Source: Octopus sinensis
Taxonomy: Eukaryota
Length of the DNA: 64,000 nucleotides
NCBI RefSeq assembly: GCF_006345805.1
Contig: NW_021835991.1
Coordinates: 186,001-250,000 of the forward strand
Direction of reading: 5' to 3'
Of the stretch, positions 1-10,883 are shown in pieces; the stretch's first letter is position 1, and every line of letters begins with the position of its first letter. The notes below the pieces were generated by a model. The model was not told where the DNA came from, searched no databases, and saw only the letters and a program-made list of their open reading frames with translations. The position numbers and the translations under genes are program-made.

Positions 1-359
1 GGCGGATTTTAACTGTTTCTTCTTTCTGTCTGTTTGTATAATAAACTTTTGATGTAACAAAATTTTTACATATTTTAATTATTGTTTTTGAATTAAATAT
101 TTTTTTATATTAAATTTTAATTATCATTGTTTTTGCTGTCTGGAAAACGTGTTAAAAGAAGTTATTATTAATAAAACATCAAGACCACGGTAAAACCGAT
201 CAAAAGTCACGGATCTAGATGCACTCAACTAGGGACCTTATCCTCGCTTGATGATCTTAGTGACCGACCCCCATATGAGGTAGAAATCAGGTCGATTGGA
301 TGCACACACGTGAAGAACTTGAGTATTTAATTCTGGTTTTCATTGTATGTCTAAAATCT

Positions 360-480
360 TGAGACGAGCCGATCCAAGTTAGTTTGGAGTTTTTTAGAGG
401 CCTTTTGGATGTCCTGATCCCATAAGGCCATTACGATGTCACCCTATATGAAACGACAACATCATTATTGTCGAGGGAGG
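360..480 (-). mobile_element. LINE (I/jockey-like) reverse transcriptase relic
   Basis: Reverse complement closely resembles 20000-20110, which contains a YADD motif; the motif is degraded here. Confidence 0.6.
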
Positions 481-484
481 TCAC

Positions 485-775
485 ATGATCACATTACTAA
501 GAATAACATTACCAATGAAAAAATCTCCATTATGTAAAACCCTTTCGAAAACAAATGATGTGCGGTGAGCGACGGTAGGAAGGTGACAAATGGAAACTTG
601 GCGAACCAGATATTCCCCACCTCTCTTTGGATCCGGAAAGCTGTATTGAAGATTTGGAGGCTAATGCTGATCGGCACAGACAGTTCCTTCTTCCTTGGTT
701 TCTTCATTCGATTAGTTATATGACTGTTTGTGCTGGGTTTGCTAAGCAAGCTTGTGGGTTAATAGATAAATTGTC
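485..775 (+). repeat. 5'-truncated copy of the SINE-like repeat at 17772-18224
   Basis: Shares blocks such as AAAAATCTCCATTATG, GTGCGGTGAGC, CCCCACCTCTCTTTGGA, GAAGATTTGGAGGCTAATG and TGACTGTTTGTGCTGGG with 17945-18210. Confidence 0.75.
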
Positions 776-784
776 GAGGAAGGG

Positions 785-919
785 CGGAAGATCTTCAGAA
801 AAAGGTTGAAAAGGGTCGGGATAAAAGGGATTCTTGTGGTACTCCGTTTGGCAGGAATCGAGACGTGGATTTCCGTCCTTCGAGTCAAAAGCTTTGTGGA
901 TGTTTACATAGCTAAACAC
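785..919 (-). mobile_element. LINE RT fragment
   Basis: ORF 716..919 contains VNIHKAFDS, resembling the D-x-x-KAFD RT motif. Confidence 0.5.
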
Positions 920-1299
920 GGTCTTTTGGTGATTTGAATGAAATATTTTTTGTATTAAATTTCAATTAAAATTGCTTGTTCTGTCTTGAAAATGTGTTAA
1001 AAAAAGTAGAAAAATTCTTGATTTTTACTCTGAATTTTACTCTGAATGGAGGAAATTTTTTTGCAATTCACAATGAAAATATCCGAACTTGGTTGATAAT
1101 GCTCAAAAAATGCATTAGTCAAAGTATTCATGTGAACCTCTTTTCAGTAAACTTACGGGAATAAAAAGTAAGTATTGAAATCAATTGACTGGTGAACATT
1201 TAATTTAACGTACATCGTATTCGAACTCACTCTTAACAACAACAAGCCCTGCCGCAAGATGAGAACGAAATGTTGACATCTCGCTTGGGCCAGCCACAT

Positions 1300-1560
1300 A
1301 AGATCAAGACAGAAAGAGAACATGTTATTAGGAAACTAACTAATCCAAAAGAAGACAATCCAAACGAAGACATGTGTCTCTGCTCCATCTGAACTTCACT
1401 CTTCGATTTGATAAAATATTAGACGCCAAACAAAATCAAGTCTCACATTGATTCTCTTATTACGTAATAAAGCCTTTTTTCTTTAATAAATAAAATCTTT
1501 TTTGTGCGGCCCGGAAATATACTCTTTCTTGTCAATTTGACCCTTAAGCAATTTGGCCCT
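1300..1560 (+). mobile_element. hAT (Buster/GTF2IRD2-like) 3' relic
   Basis: Reads ...FDKILDAKQNQVSH* followed by GTGCGGCCC, similar to hAT subterminal sequence. Confidence 0.4.
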
Positions 1561-3692
1561 TATATATTAAAACCAAAACAATAAATGGGTTAAAGAGAAA
1601 TTGATAACTAGAAAACTCGAACTTTTAGAGTGTTTGTTTCAACATTTAAAGCTTTTGTGATCCGGATGACTAAATTGATTAAAATATTCTTACTCATCTG
1701 GTTTGAAAGCAGATTTGTTAGATTCTTCGCGGACCTAAAATCACAAGCTAGATAAGCATGATTTTGTGTTCTGGATGTTCATTTTCATGATTTTTGGAGT
1801 TCGGTTTTTTTGGTTCAATTTTTTGATCATTTTGAATTAATCTACAAAATTTAATTTAAAGTTGACCAATTTAAATCAATAATAATAAATTATAAAGATA
1901 AAATAAATAACAAATCGAATTATCAAAATAATTTATTAATAGTTATGGAAGAATTATTCATGAGATTACACCAATATTTAATTTCTTAAACAATTATGTA
2001 CGGACATTTGTACAAATAAAGTTTATAGTCGACACTTTTATCAGTAACACCAGTTATGACAATTCGGATACTCTTTCTTGTGACGTTTTCACCAATAAAG
2101 TGTTATCAAAACATCAAATATATTTTATACGTTCAATAATTCATTTTGTCTCAATAAGTATCACAAACTGAAAACGTTATGAGCAATTCTGATTGAGAGG
2201 ACTTATCTTTCCCATAAAAATTTTGCTAAAATAAATTGATAAATTAAATGTAAATTATCATATGTTAAAAAGAGTCATTCAGTGTAATAAATGGTCTTCA
2301 CATATGGAATGCCACTTAATTGTTATTATTTGTTTCAATTAAAATCTTCATGGTGTCTCCAATAGAGTAAAAATACACTTAAAGCAGAAAAAAGTGACTA
2401 TTTATAAATAATGCAATCTGTTATACAGTGCTGGTAGAAAAAAACCGGTTTTGGAGTTACTAACTTTTTTTGACGGATAGCATTCAATTTTCCAACTGAA
2501 TTGAACTCTTTGGAGTTGATTAGATTTATAATTTTTTTTATTTATAAAAAGTTTCATTAATCGTTTAAAATTTTGAAGATTTAAATTTTTGCGTGTGAAT
2601 AAAAAACCGGTTTGCTTTATTGAGTGATATTTTAGTTATTGAATTTTGAGTTTTATAAGCAAATGTTAAATGCAAAAATTAAAGGAAAGATCCAAAAAAT
2701 ATGGGACTGCTGATAGGATTCCTGGTTCGGACGTCTTAAAAAGCTTCAGAAAACAGACATTGAAATTCTATTACATCTTATAGAGTGCGATCCAAAAAAA
2801 TCTTCTAACACGTTGAGGAATGAAATAAAACATTTAACTAGTAAGAGTGTCTGTAGAAAGATAATTGGAACTTACATGCCTGACAAAAAAATTGGATTTG
2901 TAATAAATCGACTTTTTTTTAAAATAAATTATAATTTAATTTTCTTACATCATTCTTGGTAAAATTAGAATTATTTTTTTAATTTGTAAAATTATTTTTG
3001 GCTTTTAGAATTTAATTTTAAAGCAGAATTTAAAATTTGCCGGACAAAAAAAAATTGGATTTTTGTTGTTTTTGATCTGATCTCGTATAAATGAAGCGTA
3101 ATTCAAAAATCCATTTATCTGATTTTACAAAAGGAGTAATGATTGGATATTACTCTTCAGGAAAAACAATTGAAGAGATATCTAAAAATACTGAAATTCT
3201 CAGATCAACCGTGGGATTTGTGACAAGAAAATTTTCCAAAGAAAGCACCTCTACGCGAAAAATTGGATCTGGACGTGGAGGGACATCAACTTATTAAACT
3301 GACGAATGGTTAAACTGACGGTTAACCGACTTGATTTGTTAATACAATTAATTTTATTATAAAATATTATAAGAGAAATATTTATACTGATGACTACAAA
3401 CGGAATCAGTAATACCATAAATATATGAACTATTCCCATATAATATTTCTCAATTTTTTCAAATCCCTCAATTTTCGTAGAAATACACAAATAGCCGCCA
3501 ATAGGCATTTTAAATGAGTGATAAAAAATCACGTATGGCACACATAGCATAAGCGACACCACAAGAACACACCCAAGTATAATTCTGGAGATTTTCGGGT
3601 TGCAATATGTGACATGGGCTGCGCGATACCAATGGGCCGCGTGATACCTGACGTGACCTTGAAATGTGCAATTATGACATTGATGGGATTAA

Positions 3693-4009
3693 TTTTTTTT
3701 TAAATAAAAATAACCAATAACTACAAGTTAATTAATTAAAAGCTTCAAGGGCGGGAAGCCGACGCGATCGAGAAAGAGTTAGAGCGTACTATCGCAAAGG
3801 ACATCCGCTCGAAAAACCATCTCGATTCGCGGGCGTCGCCTGTGATGGCAGACATGCGGGACCCGATCTCCTGAACGAAGCTGATTGCCTTACTGCCCAA
3901 GGAACCGGAAGTCTCAACCGCGAATGGAAGGAATTGGAACTTCTCCGTAAGTGAGGAGTACTTCCGCATCTTTTTGCATTCCGCGGTTGTGACAATAGAT
4001 CCAGGAGCG
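3693..4009 (-). mobile_element. CRE-clade retrotransposon 3' fragment
   Basis: Near-identical to the 3' end of 37524-39591 (RKYSSLTEKFQFLPFAVETSG...), with an A tail. Confidence 0.9.
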
Positions 4010-4210
4010 ACCCGCGACTCATTAAATTATAAATTTTTTAATTAGACCGCGACTCATTCTTATCATTTAATAATTTACTAAATTAGCTAAAGACTCTCTC
4101 ATTTTGACAAAAATTATATTTGTAGGAATTTAATTATCAGAAATTAATTTTTTTGGTGGAAAACCTAAATTTCTTGAGTTATTTCTAGCGTGCAAGTATA
4201 TTTTGCAGCA

Positions 4211-5138
4211 ATGTCCGCGTACAAAGGTTATGTAAAGAATAGTTTGGAATATCAAATTTTAAAAGATGCTTTACAGGATAAATTTCCTGAACATCTTACA
4301 AAGCAAAAAAAATATAGACTAGTTAAGAAAATTGAAAATTTTACTGTAATTAATGAAAGGTATCATACAAATTGTAAATGTATAGATTGTATCTTAAATG
4401 TCCGAATTCAGATCACAAGCTAGTGATTTGTCTAGACAATGAACCCGAAATGGAGATCGTTGCTAAAAGTTTGCATGACTTCTCGCATGGAGGAGTTAAC
4501 AAAATTGAATATGAATGTCGACGACGATATTTCACAGTTAAAAATGAGATTATTCGAAAAGTCATTCGAAACTGTGAAATTTGTAAATTTGCGCGACCCT
4601 TAAAAGTTTTAACTTTTTTAAATCCTAGATTGGAGATATAAATAACCATGTCTTTGCATCTTGCCCAAATGAAAGATTTCAGATAGATCTTATAGATCTG
4701 AAAAGTTTTTCTACTATAAATAAAAATTTTAAATGGATTTTAACGGTCATTGACGTATATAGCAGGTTAGTTTTTTTAACAATTTTTATAGATTTGCATT
4801 TGCAAGGCCGCTCTACACTAAGTCCTCAAATGAAGTTTGTGAAAACCACAGATCATTATTTTTCTTAAATGGTCCGTGTCAATTTCTTCAGTCCGATAAT
4901 GGGACTGAATTCAAGAATCGTGAAATGACCAATCTATGTGAGGAATTCAATATCGAATTCACGGAAGGCCAAACAATCCCCGCTCACAAGGGATTGTCGA
5001 ACGCTTCAACCAGTCAATTACAAGAAAAATGGCAAAAATGATCGACAATGATAACAAAAAGTGGCTGGAAAAATTAGAAAATGCAGATAGAAAATTCGAT
5101 GAGCGAAATTTTGATTGTGCCAATGTCCAGACTTAAAA
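4211..5138 (+). pseudogene. H2C2 + rve integrase/transposase with three GT-AG introns and one late frameshift
   Basis: Introns 4360-4385, 4606-4628 and 4766-4791 restore the frame: HDFSH...CEIC, FQIDLID, WILTVIDVYSRF, LQSDNGTEF, then (shifted) HGRPNNPRSQGIVERFNQ. Confidence 0.85.
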
Positions 5139-5151
5139 AATAATTAACAAG

Positions 5152-5250
5152 TTTTTTTTTTTTTTTTTTTAATCAATAATAACTGTAAACGAAAACAGAG
5201 AGAAAAGAGAGTTAACAAGAGGACTTCCCCGCCTCGTAGATGGAGAAACA
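5152..5250 (-). mobile_element. CRE-clade extreme 3' fragment with poly(A)
   Basis: Reads RGNCFSIYEAG, like the end of ORF 60699..61100; T19 run on the + strand. Confidence 0.7.
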
Positions 5251-5794
5251 GTTTCCACGTAAGTTATTAACAAGTTATTATTCTTTGAAGTTTAATATTA
5301 ATTACAATATTGACATTAAGTTAAGCTTCAAGGTCACGTCAGGTATCACGCGGCCCATAGGTGTCACGCAAACCATGTCACACAATATTTATTTCGTTTT
5401 AATGGATGTTTCAAAGATATATATAATTCACAAGTAAAGCACAAAATGAGCATTGGAGAGGCAAATTGAGCAAAGTAATCCGCCCACATTTATTTTGCAA
5501 GCTAAATGTGTATTCCAAAATGTAATTATTAGACATAAATTGCCTGGGAGGCCGATTATTGACCAAAAAATGAGGAAGAACCTTTCAACTTGGATTGTGT
5601 ATTCTGGATGTAGGTTGAACGAAGGGAAACTCATTTAGAATGCATTAAATTAATCTGCTTAAATATTATTTTTTGTATTAAATATATTACAAATATCCGT
5701 CAACGTCATTATTCCTTTAAATATGTCGCGAGCGCTGAGATCGATCTATCAATGATTGTCAAAGATAAAAATAATCTATTACATCAAAGTTAGT

Positions 5795-5990
5795 TAAGGT
5801 TAGTTAGTTAGTTATGTTACCCCGGCTTCACTAACATGTAGGAAGCCGGCTGTAATCAGGTAGCGAGACGCGAAGATCGGGCGCTCCCAGAGATCCCGAA
5901 TCCCAATAGGCGGAGACAAGTGAGGCGGTCCAGGGAAGGGGAAGAGGTCTTCAGGGGTGAAGGAACGGTATGTTTCGAAAGTTAGCTAAG
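5795..5990 (-). mobile_element. LINE 3' end with (TAAC)n-like tail
   Basis: Reads ...IRDLWERPIFASRYLITAGFL...*, a typical I/jockey-type ORF2 C-terminus. Confidence 0.5.
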
Positions 5991-6059
5991 GTCAATTATT
6001 GACAATTAATACATGATAATTAACCATTATTTAAGTCGTCTTGAATTTTTTTAGTCGCC

Positions 6060-6340
6060 TTTAATGAACTTTCTTAATAGACCCATCACTATTTGTGACT
6101 TTGACAAAATTGTTAGACAATTTTGTTAGACTCTCTGATTGTACAAAATACAGCTTTTCGAATGTGTTTTATCCACTCATTTTTATCATCCGAACCCATC
6201 AATTTTGATAAACTCCTTGTGATTGTCTGATTAAATCTTTCAACTATCCACTGACTCTGTGGATTGTTGGGGCATCTATGAATTTGAACAATTTTGTACT
6301 CTTGACAGACTTTTCTTATATGGTCATTCTTGAGATGAAA
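6060..6340 (-). mobile_element. Integrase fragment (same Ginger-like class)
   Basis: Reads NNPQSQWIVERFNQTITRSLSKLM. Confidence 0.7.
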
Positions 6341-6344
6341 TCTG

Positions 6345-6730
6345 GGCCGCCGACTCGTCTTCGAAGATGAAACCAGAGCTAGACCAACACCGGCTAGCGT
6401 GCCTAATCTCGGCCGCACATCCTCACAGCGGCTCATGGCTCGGCGCCTACCCATCTACATCAACAGGAACCTTTTTGGATGACGACTGCCTGAGGATCGG
6501 GATCTCCCTTCGGCTTGGCCTCGACATATGCAGCATCCACCGATGCCGATGTGGAGCCAAAGTCGACGCTAAAGGGCTCCACCCTCTTTCGTGTCGCAGG
6601 AGTGCTGGTCGATGTCCCCGCCACGCCTCGTTAAATGACGTCGTGTTTAGACCCCTCAAGGCTGCAGGCTTTCCGTCACAACTTGAGCCTGTCGGATTGG
6701 ACCGTAGTGACGGCAAACGCCCAGACGGAT
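6345..6730 (+). mobile_element. CRE-clade fragment (zinc knuckle/RLE region)
   Basis: Reads DQHRLACL...CRCG...HPLSC...RH...DGKRPDG. Confidence 0.85.
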
Positions 6731-6769
6731 TAATAAATAGCGCACAACGAATTTAATTTTACTTGTGGT

Positions 6770-8034
6770 ATGTACATTAAGTCAATTGTAATTGACGGCT
6801 TCAAGTCATATCCACGTCGTACCGAGATAAAAGACTTTGACAGCCAATTCAATGCTATAACCGGCCTCAATGGTAGTGGAAAGTCGAACATTCTCGATTC
6901 CATTTGTTTTCTACTCGGAATCACCATTCTCTCCCAAGTACGAGTCAACAACATGCACGAACTCGTCTACAAGTCCGGCCACGCTGGAATAAACAAGGCC
7001 TCTGTTTGTGTAACATTCGACAACACAACAAAAAGGACAGTCCAGCAGGCTACGAGAAGTACGTCGACATTGTAGTCACCAGACAAGTAATTTGTTATTC
7101 GGAATATCAGCAAATTTCGAGGGAGATTGACGGCTTTCGAATGATCAGTGTGGCCCTCATGTATTCCTCTGCACAGGTATTTACACTTTTTTCATATTTA
7201 GAACGAAGTGGAAGAATATAAAGAAAAGATATCAGAAATTGAAACAAAGTTGAGTGAGAATAAACGCCGGTTGGGTGAGATTGAGAAGGAATGTGGTCAA
7301 ATTGAGAGAGAAATTACAAGAAAAAGCGCGGGAAATGATAATGTTGGTTTTTTGCTGGCAATTTTAGGACGAAATTGACAATCGAGTAGCGAAACTGCAA
7401 GCAGAACTGGACGAGAAAATGTTAGTGCAAACTAAACTATCGGCTCAACAAAACGCCAAGAAAGAGCAGGTTATATCCGAGGAAAACAAACTAAAAAAAC
7501 TGATCAGACAGAAAGACGATGTTATTACGTAATCAATATGTTTAGGAGACAAAATCGTTTGCAGAACGGAGGTTGATTCGGGTAGATCAGAGAAGAAGAT
7601 TGCCAGCCTGCAAGAGGAGACTGATTTGGCGGCTAAGCGACTATTGGAATCAGAGTCCTACTATAATGCACTGTCCACTGGTATTTCCGTTTCCGTGGAT
7701 GGAAAGAGGAACACTCTTCAGCAGCAGTTGATTGGTAGTGGGTGATAGTAATGGGTAGACGCAAAGCGTGGGGTGTCAGTGTTGGAGACTCAGATTAGAC
7801 AGACAGAGCTGGAGTATTGTGGCAGTGATGATTGGTAGGTCAATCCACATTCGGTCCCGGTTGAAGAAGAGTAGTGAGGACATGAAGAGCACGGAGGATG
7901 ACTCGACTCCGACTGAAAGGGAGATTGACAAGAAGAATGTCGAATTGGAGCAAATGAGGGATGAAATAGTCCAAATTGACCAAAAACTGAACATTTATGA
8001 CAAAAATGAAATCAATTCTAAAAAACAAGACTGA
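6770..8034 (+). pseudogene. SMC2: SMC2 (condensin) 5' fragment, internally deleted, introns retained
   Basis: [14 protein letters not shown]...[23 protein letters not shown]...VYKSGHAG. Frameshift near 7030, jump from VTRQ to YSEYQQ, coiled coil to about 8030, no hinge or C-terminal head. Confidence 0.85.
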
Positions 8035-8634
8035 AGAGTGAGATAGCTTCACTACAACATAACGTGAACAGTTTACAGTTGTGTTGAGTACATATATCGT
8101 AGGACAAGACAATTTAGCTTCCAAAACACGGAAGTCTGCGGTCTCAGGTGACCTTTTCCCCCGAATCGAATCGTCCCCAACAAAATATCTGACCAAGTAT
8201 TAGAAAATGCAAAGAGACTAGTAAATGGACTGATTAAGTAATAAAAAGATATGAATTGTCAAAAATATTTATTCGGATGAAGAATGACGCATGGAAAACT
8301 ATTATTTTCTCTGATGAAGCATCTTTTCAGATTTTTCATACTAAAAAAAGGCAATACTATTATCAAAAAAAAGTTCATGTTATGAATTGAGCCCTATAAC
8401 GCCTACAGTAAAATTTGGTGGAGGTAGTGTTATGGTTTGGGGGTGTATCTCCTATCAAGGAATGGGCAATTTAGTGTTTGTTGATGGAACACTCAATTCC
8501 GCTAAATATATAAATGTAATAACGAATAATTTGTTTGTTTCGGAGCGAAAATGGGACTAAATCAGTTCACTTTTCAACAAGATTTGGCTCCCTGTCATTA
8601 ATCTGCGTTGACAACCAACCAAAAAAAGTTAGTA

Positions 8635-9165
8635 CAGTGCAACCCCTTATTGGGGCGACCCCGGACGTGGGGCACCCTCGGATTTTGGGGCACCCTCGGG
8701 TTTTGGGGCAATTTGAATTTCTATTAGGAGTTTTTCTGTTTATTCTTTATAAGATAACCCCCGTTATGGGGCATTTAATTTTATTATATTTTTTAGTTAT
8801 AATTTTGTATTTTATTTTATAATAACAAATAATAACGTGTTTCTGTTGTTTTGATGGATGTTAATTTTGATGGATGTGAAGGTTCTGAGGGCTCAGAGAA
8901 CCCGATAATTCATTTCCGACAAGGTCGTTTTGGATCGATTAATTTGACAATGGATCGATTAATTCAAAAGTACCAATTCGGAGCGAAAATAACGGATCAT
9001 TTCCCGACAAGTAAAGACTAAAATTGTTAAATGAAATTAAGAATAAACATCTTTTGGTTTTAAATTAACAAAACGTTAGTTTTTTTCGTTAATATTAGAA
9101 AACCCCTCTATCTGGGGGAACCCCTGTTTTTGGGGCACTAGGTGCCCCAAAAAGAGGTTAGACTG
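8635..9165 (+). mobile_element. pogo/Tigger internal-deletion derivative
   Basis: CAGTGCAACC...GGTTAGACTG ends with TA TSD; same family as 33509-40678 and 59429-60651. Confidence 0.85.
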
Positions 9166-9479
9166 TAACTGCAAAACCGGTTTTTTTCTACCAGCACTGT
9201 AGTTTTACGTATTCGTATAAATAATTGTAAAAATTAACAATATCTATTTTTAAAAAAAAACACGAAAAATATTTCAAAATTGACTATTTGTTTTTTTATT
9301 AGTGATAACGATGATTTAAAAAAAATTCAAAAAACTTAATGTCTTCCATTTTCAAACATATACTTTTGTTAAACGGGTATGGAAACTTTGATATAATTTA
9401 TAAAGTTCCAGATGCTTATTATTTCGGCCATTTTTAACAAGTTAATCAATTATTGTTATAAAATTAAATTCTAATTCAT

Positions 9480-10110
9480 CCACGTTAATTATTTGATTGA
9501 GAGGACGAGCAAATAGACAGGCAGTTTCCGTACAATATCGCAAGCGAAATGAGCTGAAAAAGCCAGCTAAAATCACGTCTATCGTGACTCTTCCTCGAGA
9601 TCATCAAGCCGATCTCCGAAAGGAACCTCAGGGCTTTTGGGGCGATTATCCCACTCTACTCGAAAGCCAGGGGGACGAAAATGCAGGTGTTTTTCAATGA
9701 GGATTACTTTGCGATTTTTTTCGTTTCGGCATGTGCGGAGGCTGAGCTAGGGCGGTAGGCAGAGTCGATGAGAGATGACGAGGAAAACGAGTCGACACAG
9801 GTGACGTCCCAAACGAAAGCGAGTCCCCCTTTGAACGGGAATAGCGTGGACCCATCGGGACGTTTTTCGTCACCACGGTCTAACCCAACCGGCTCCAGGA
9901 CCGAAGGGAATCCAGCGGCGTTGAGCGCGCGCTTAACAATATCATTCAAGGCGGCATGTCTGGGTATTCTGCCGGCACTGAGGCGACAAGAAAGGGGGTG
10001 TAGCCCTCTCCTGTCAATGACTTTTCCGCATCTGTACTGATGTGACTGGCAAATTTCGATCCCAAGGCGTAGACACAAACCAATGCGAACGGATTCGTTG
10101 TCCAAATTCG
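9480..10110 (-). mobile_element. CRE-clade 3' fragment, degenerate
   Basis: RLE motifs RH and DEKRPDG; homology continues past two stop codons. Confidence 0.85.
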
Positions 10111-10129
10111 TTGTTTCGGCTTTGGTTTG

Positions 10130-10750
10130 GGATTTCTTCAGTAGTCCAACCTTCGAAATTTGTGCTCTATTAGATTTAAATCAGTGTTTTGAGAAGGGCA
10201 TTCAAGTGTTTTGATATTTTTTCGCGTATCCATTCGCAAACAATCTTGGCCGTATGCTTTGTGCCAAAATTTGTTTATAATAAGCAGCATTTATTTTTCA
10301 TCGATAAAAACGATTCTACCAACGCCTTTGGACGGTAGCATTATGTTTCCACCACCGTGTTTCACAGTAGGAAGAATGTTATTTAAATTATAACTTTCTT
10401 CGGGATAATAGCGTATATATCTGTGTCCATCACTCTGATATAAGTTAAATTTGCACTCATTGGAGCAAATTATTGTATTGAGTTCGGCATTTGACGTACC
10501 CGAACATTTGTTTTAAAATGAATTTCTATTTTCAACGTTCGCCCGTCTTAAAAGTGGCTATTTAATTGAGTTTTTAGTAATAAGATCGCCAGATCGTAAC
10601 GTATTTGATATATTTTTGATACTTTTACACAAAATTCTCAAATATTTTGAACTACACTGCACAACCAAACCTGCTTGGGTTCATAATACATAACTCACTC
10701 CATAGTAAGTTAACCCGACTTTTTACTTGTAAATGTACCACATTTATAAA
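10130..10750 (-). mobile_element. Tc1 transposase relic
   Basis: Minus strand reads TVKHGGGNIML. Confidence 0.6.
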
Positions 10751-10883
10751 TCAGTAACAGTTAAATAACCAACTATCTCAGACTTGACTGACCTGCAATT
10801 GACTTGCTAAATTACTACTAGACCTGCATACTACAAAAATATAACAAAAAACTGTAAAAATCATAATAAAAACAAAATCATAT

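Larger units (their letters stand above)
3608..5382 (+). mobile_element. Ginger-like DNA transposon with intron-containing integrase
   Basis: 56-bp imperfect TIRs (TGTGACATGG...CCATGTCACA) at 3608-3663 and 5327-5382; 5-bp TSD CAATA at 3603-3607 and 5383-5387. Confidence 0.85.
3290..5634 (-). pseudogene. Rhodopsin-like (class A) GPCR pseudogene split by a Ginger insertion
   Basis: TM1 GLPGN; TM2 LCSICLSN; TM3/ICL2 CELYISLKHPL (E/DRY-like); TM4 ending CVPY; ECL2 Cys; TM5 LLIPFVVI. Frame is continuous across the insertion once one TSD is removed. Confidence 0.65.
2426..9199 (+). mobile_element. Tc1 element: two arms enclosing about 4.9 kb of foreign sequence
   Basis: About 28-bp TIRs (CAGTGCTGGTAGAAAAAAACCGGTTTTG) with TA on both sides. 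HTH N-terminus at 3091-3297. Catalytic segment at 8200-8630 (WKTIIFSDEA, PTVKFGGGSVMVWGC, FQQDLAPCH). Confidence 0.8.

Noticed and set aside
4190-5140. LTR retrotransposon origin of the integrase fragments
   Set aside because: No gag, protease, RT-RNase H or LTRs adjacent; TIRs, TSDs and introns indicate DNA transposons.
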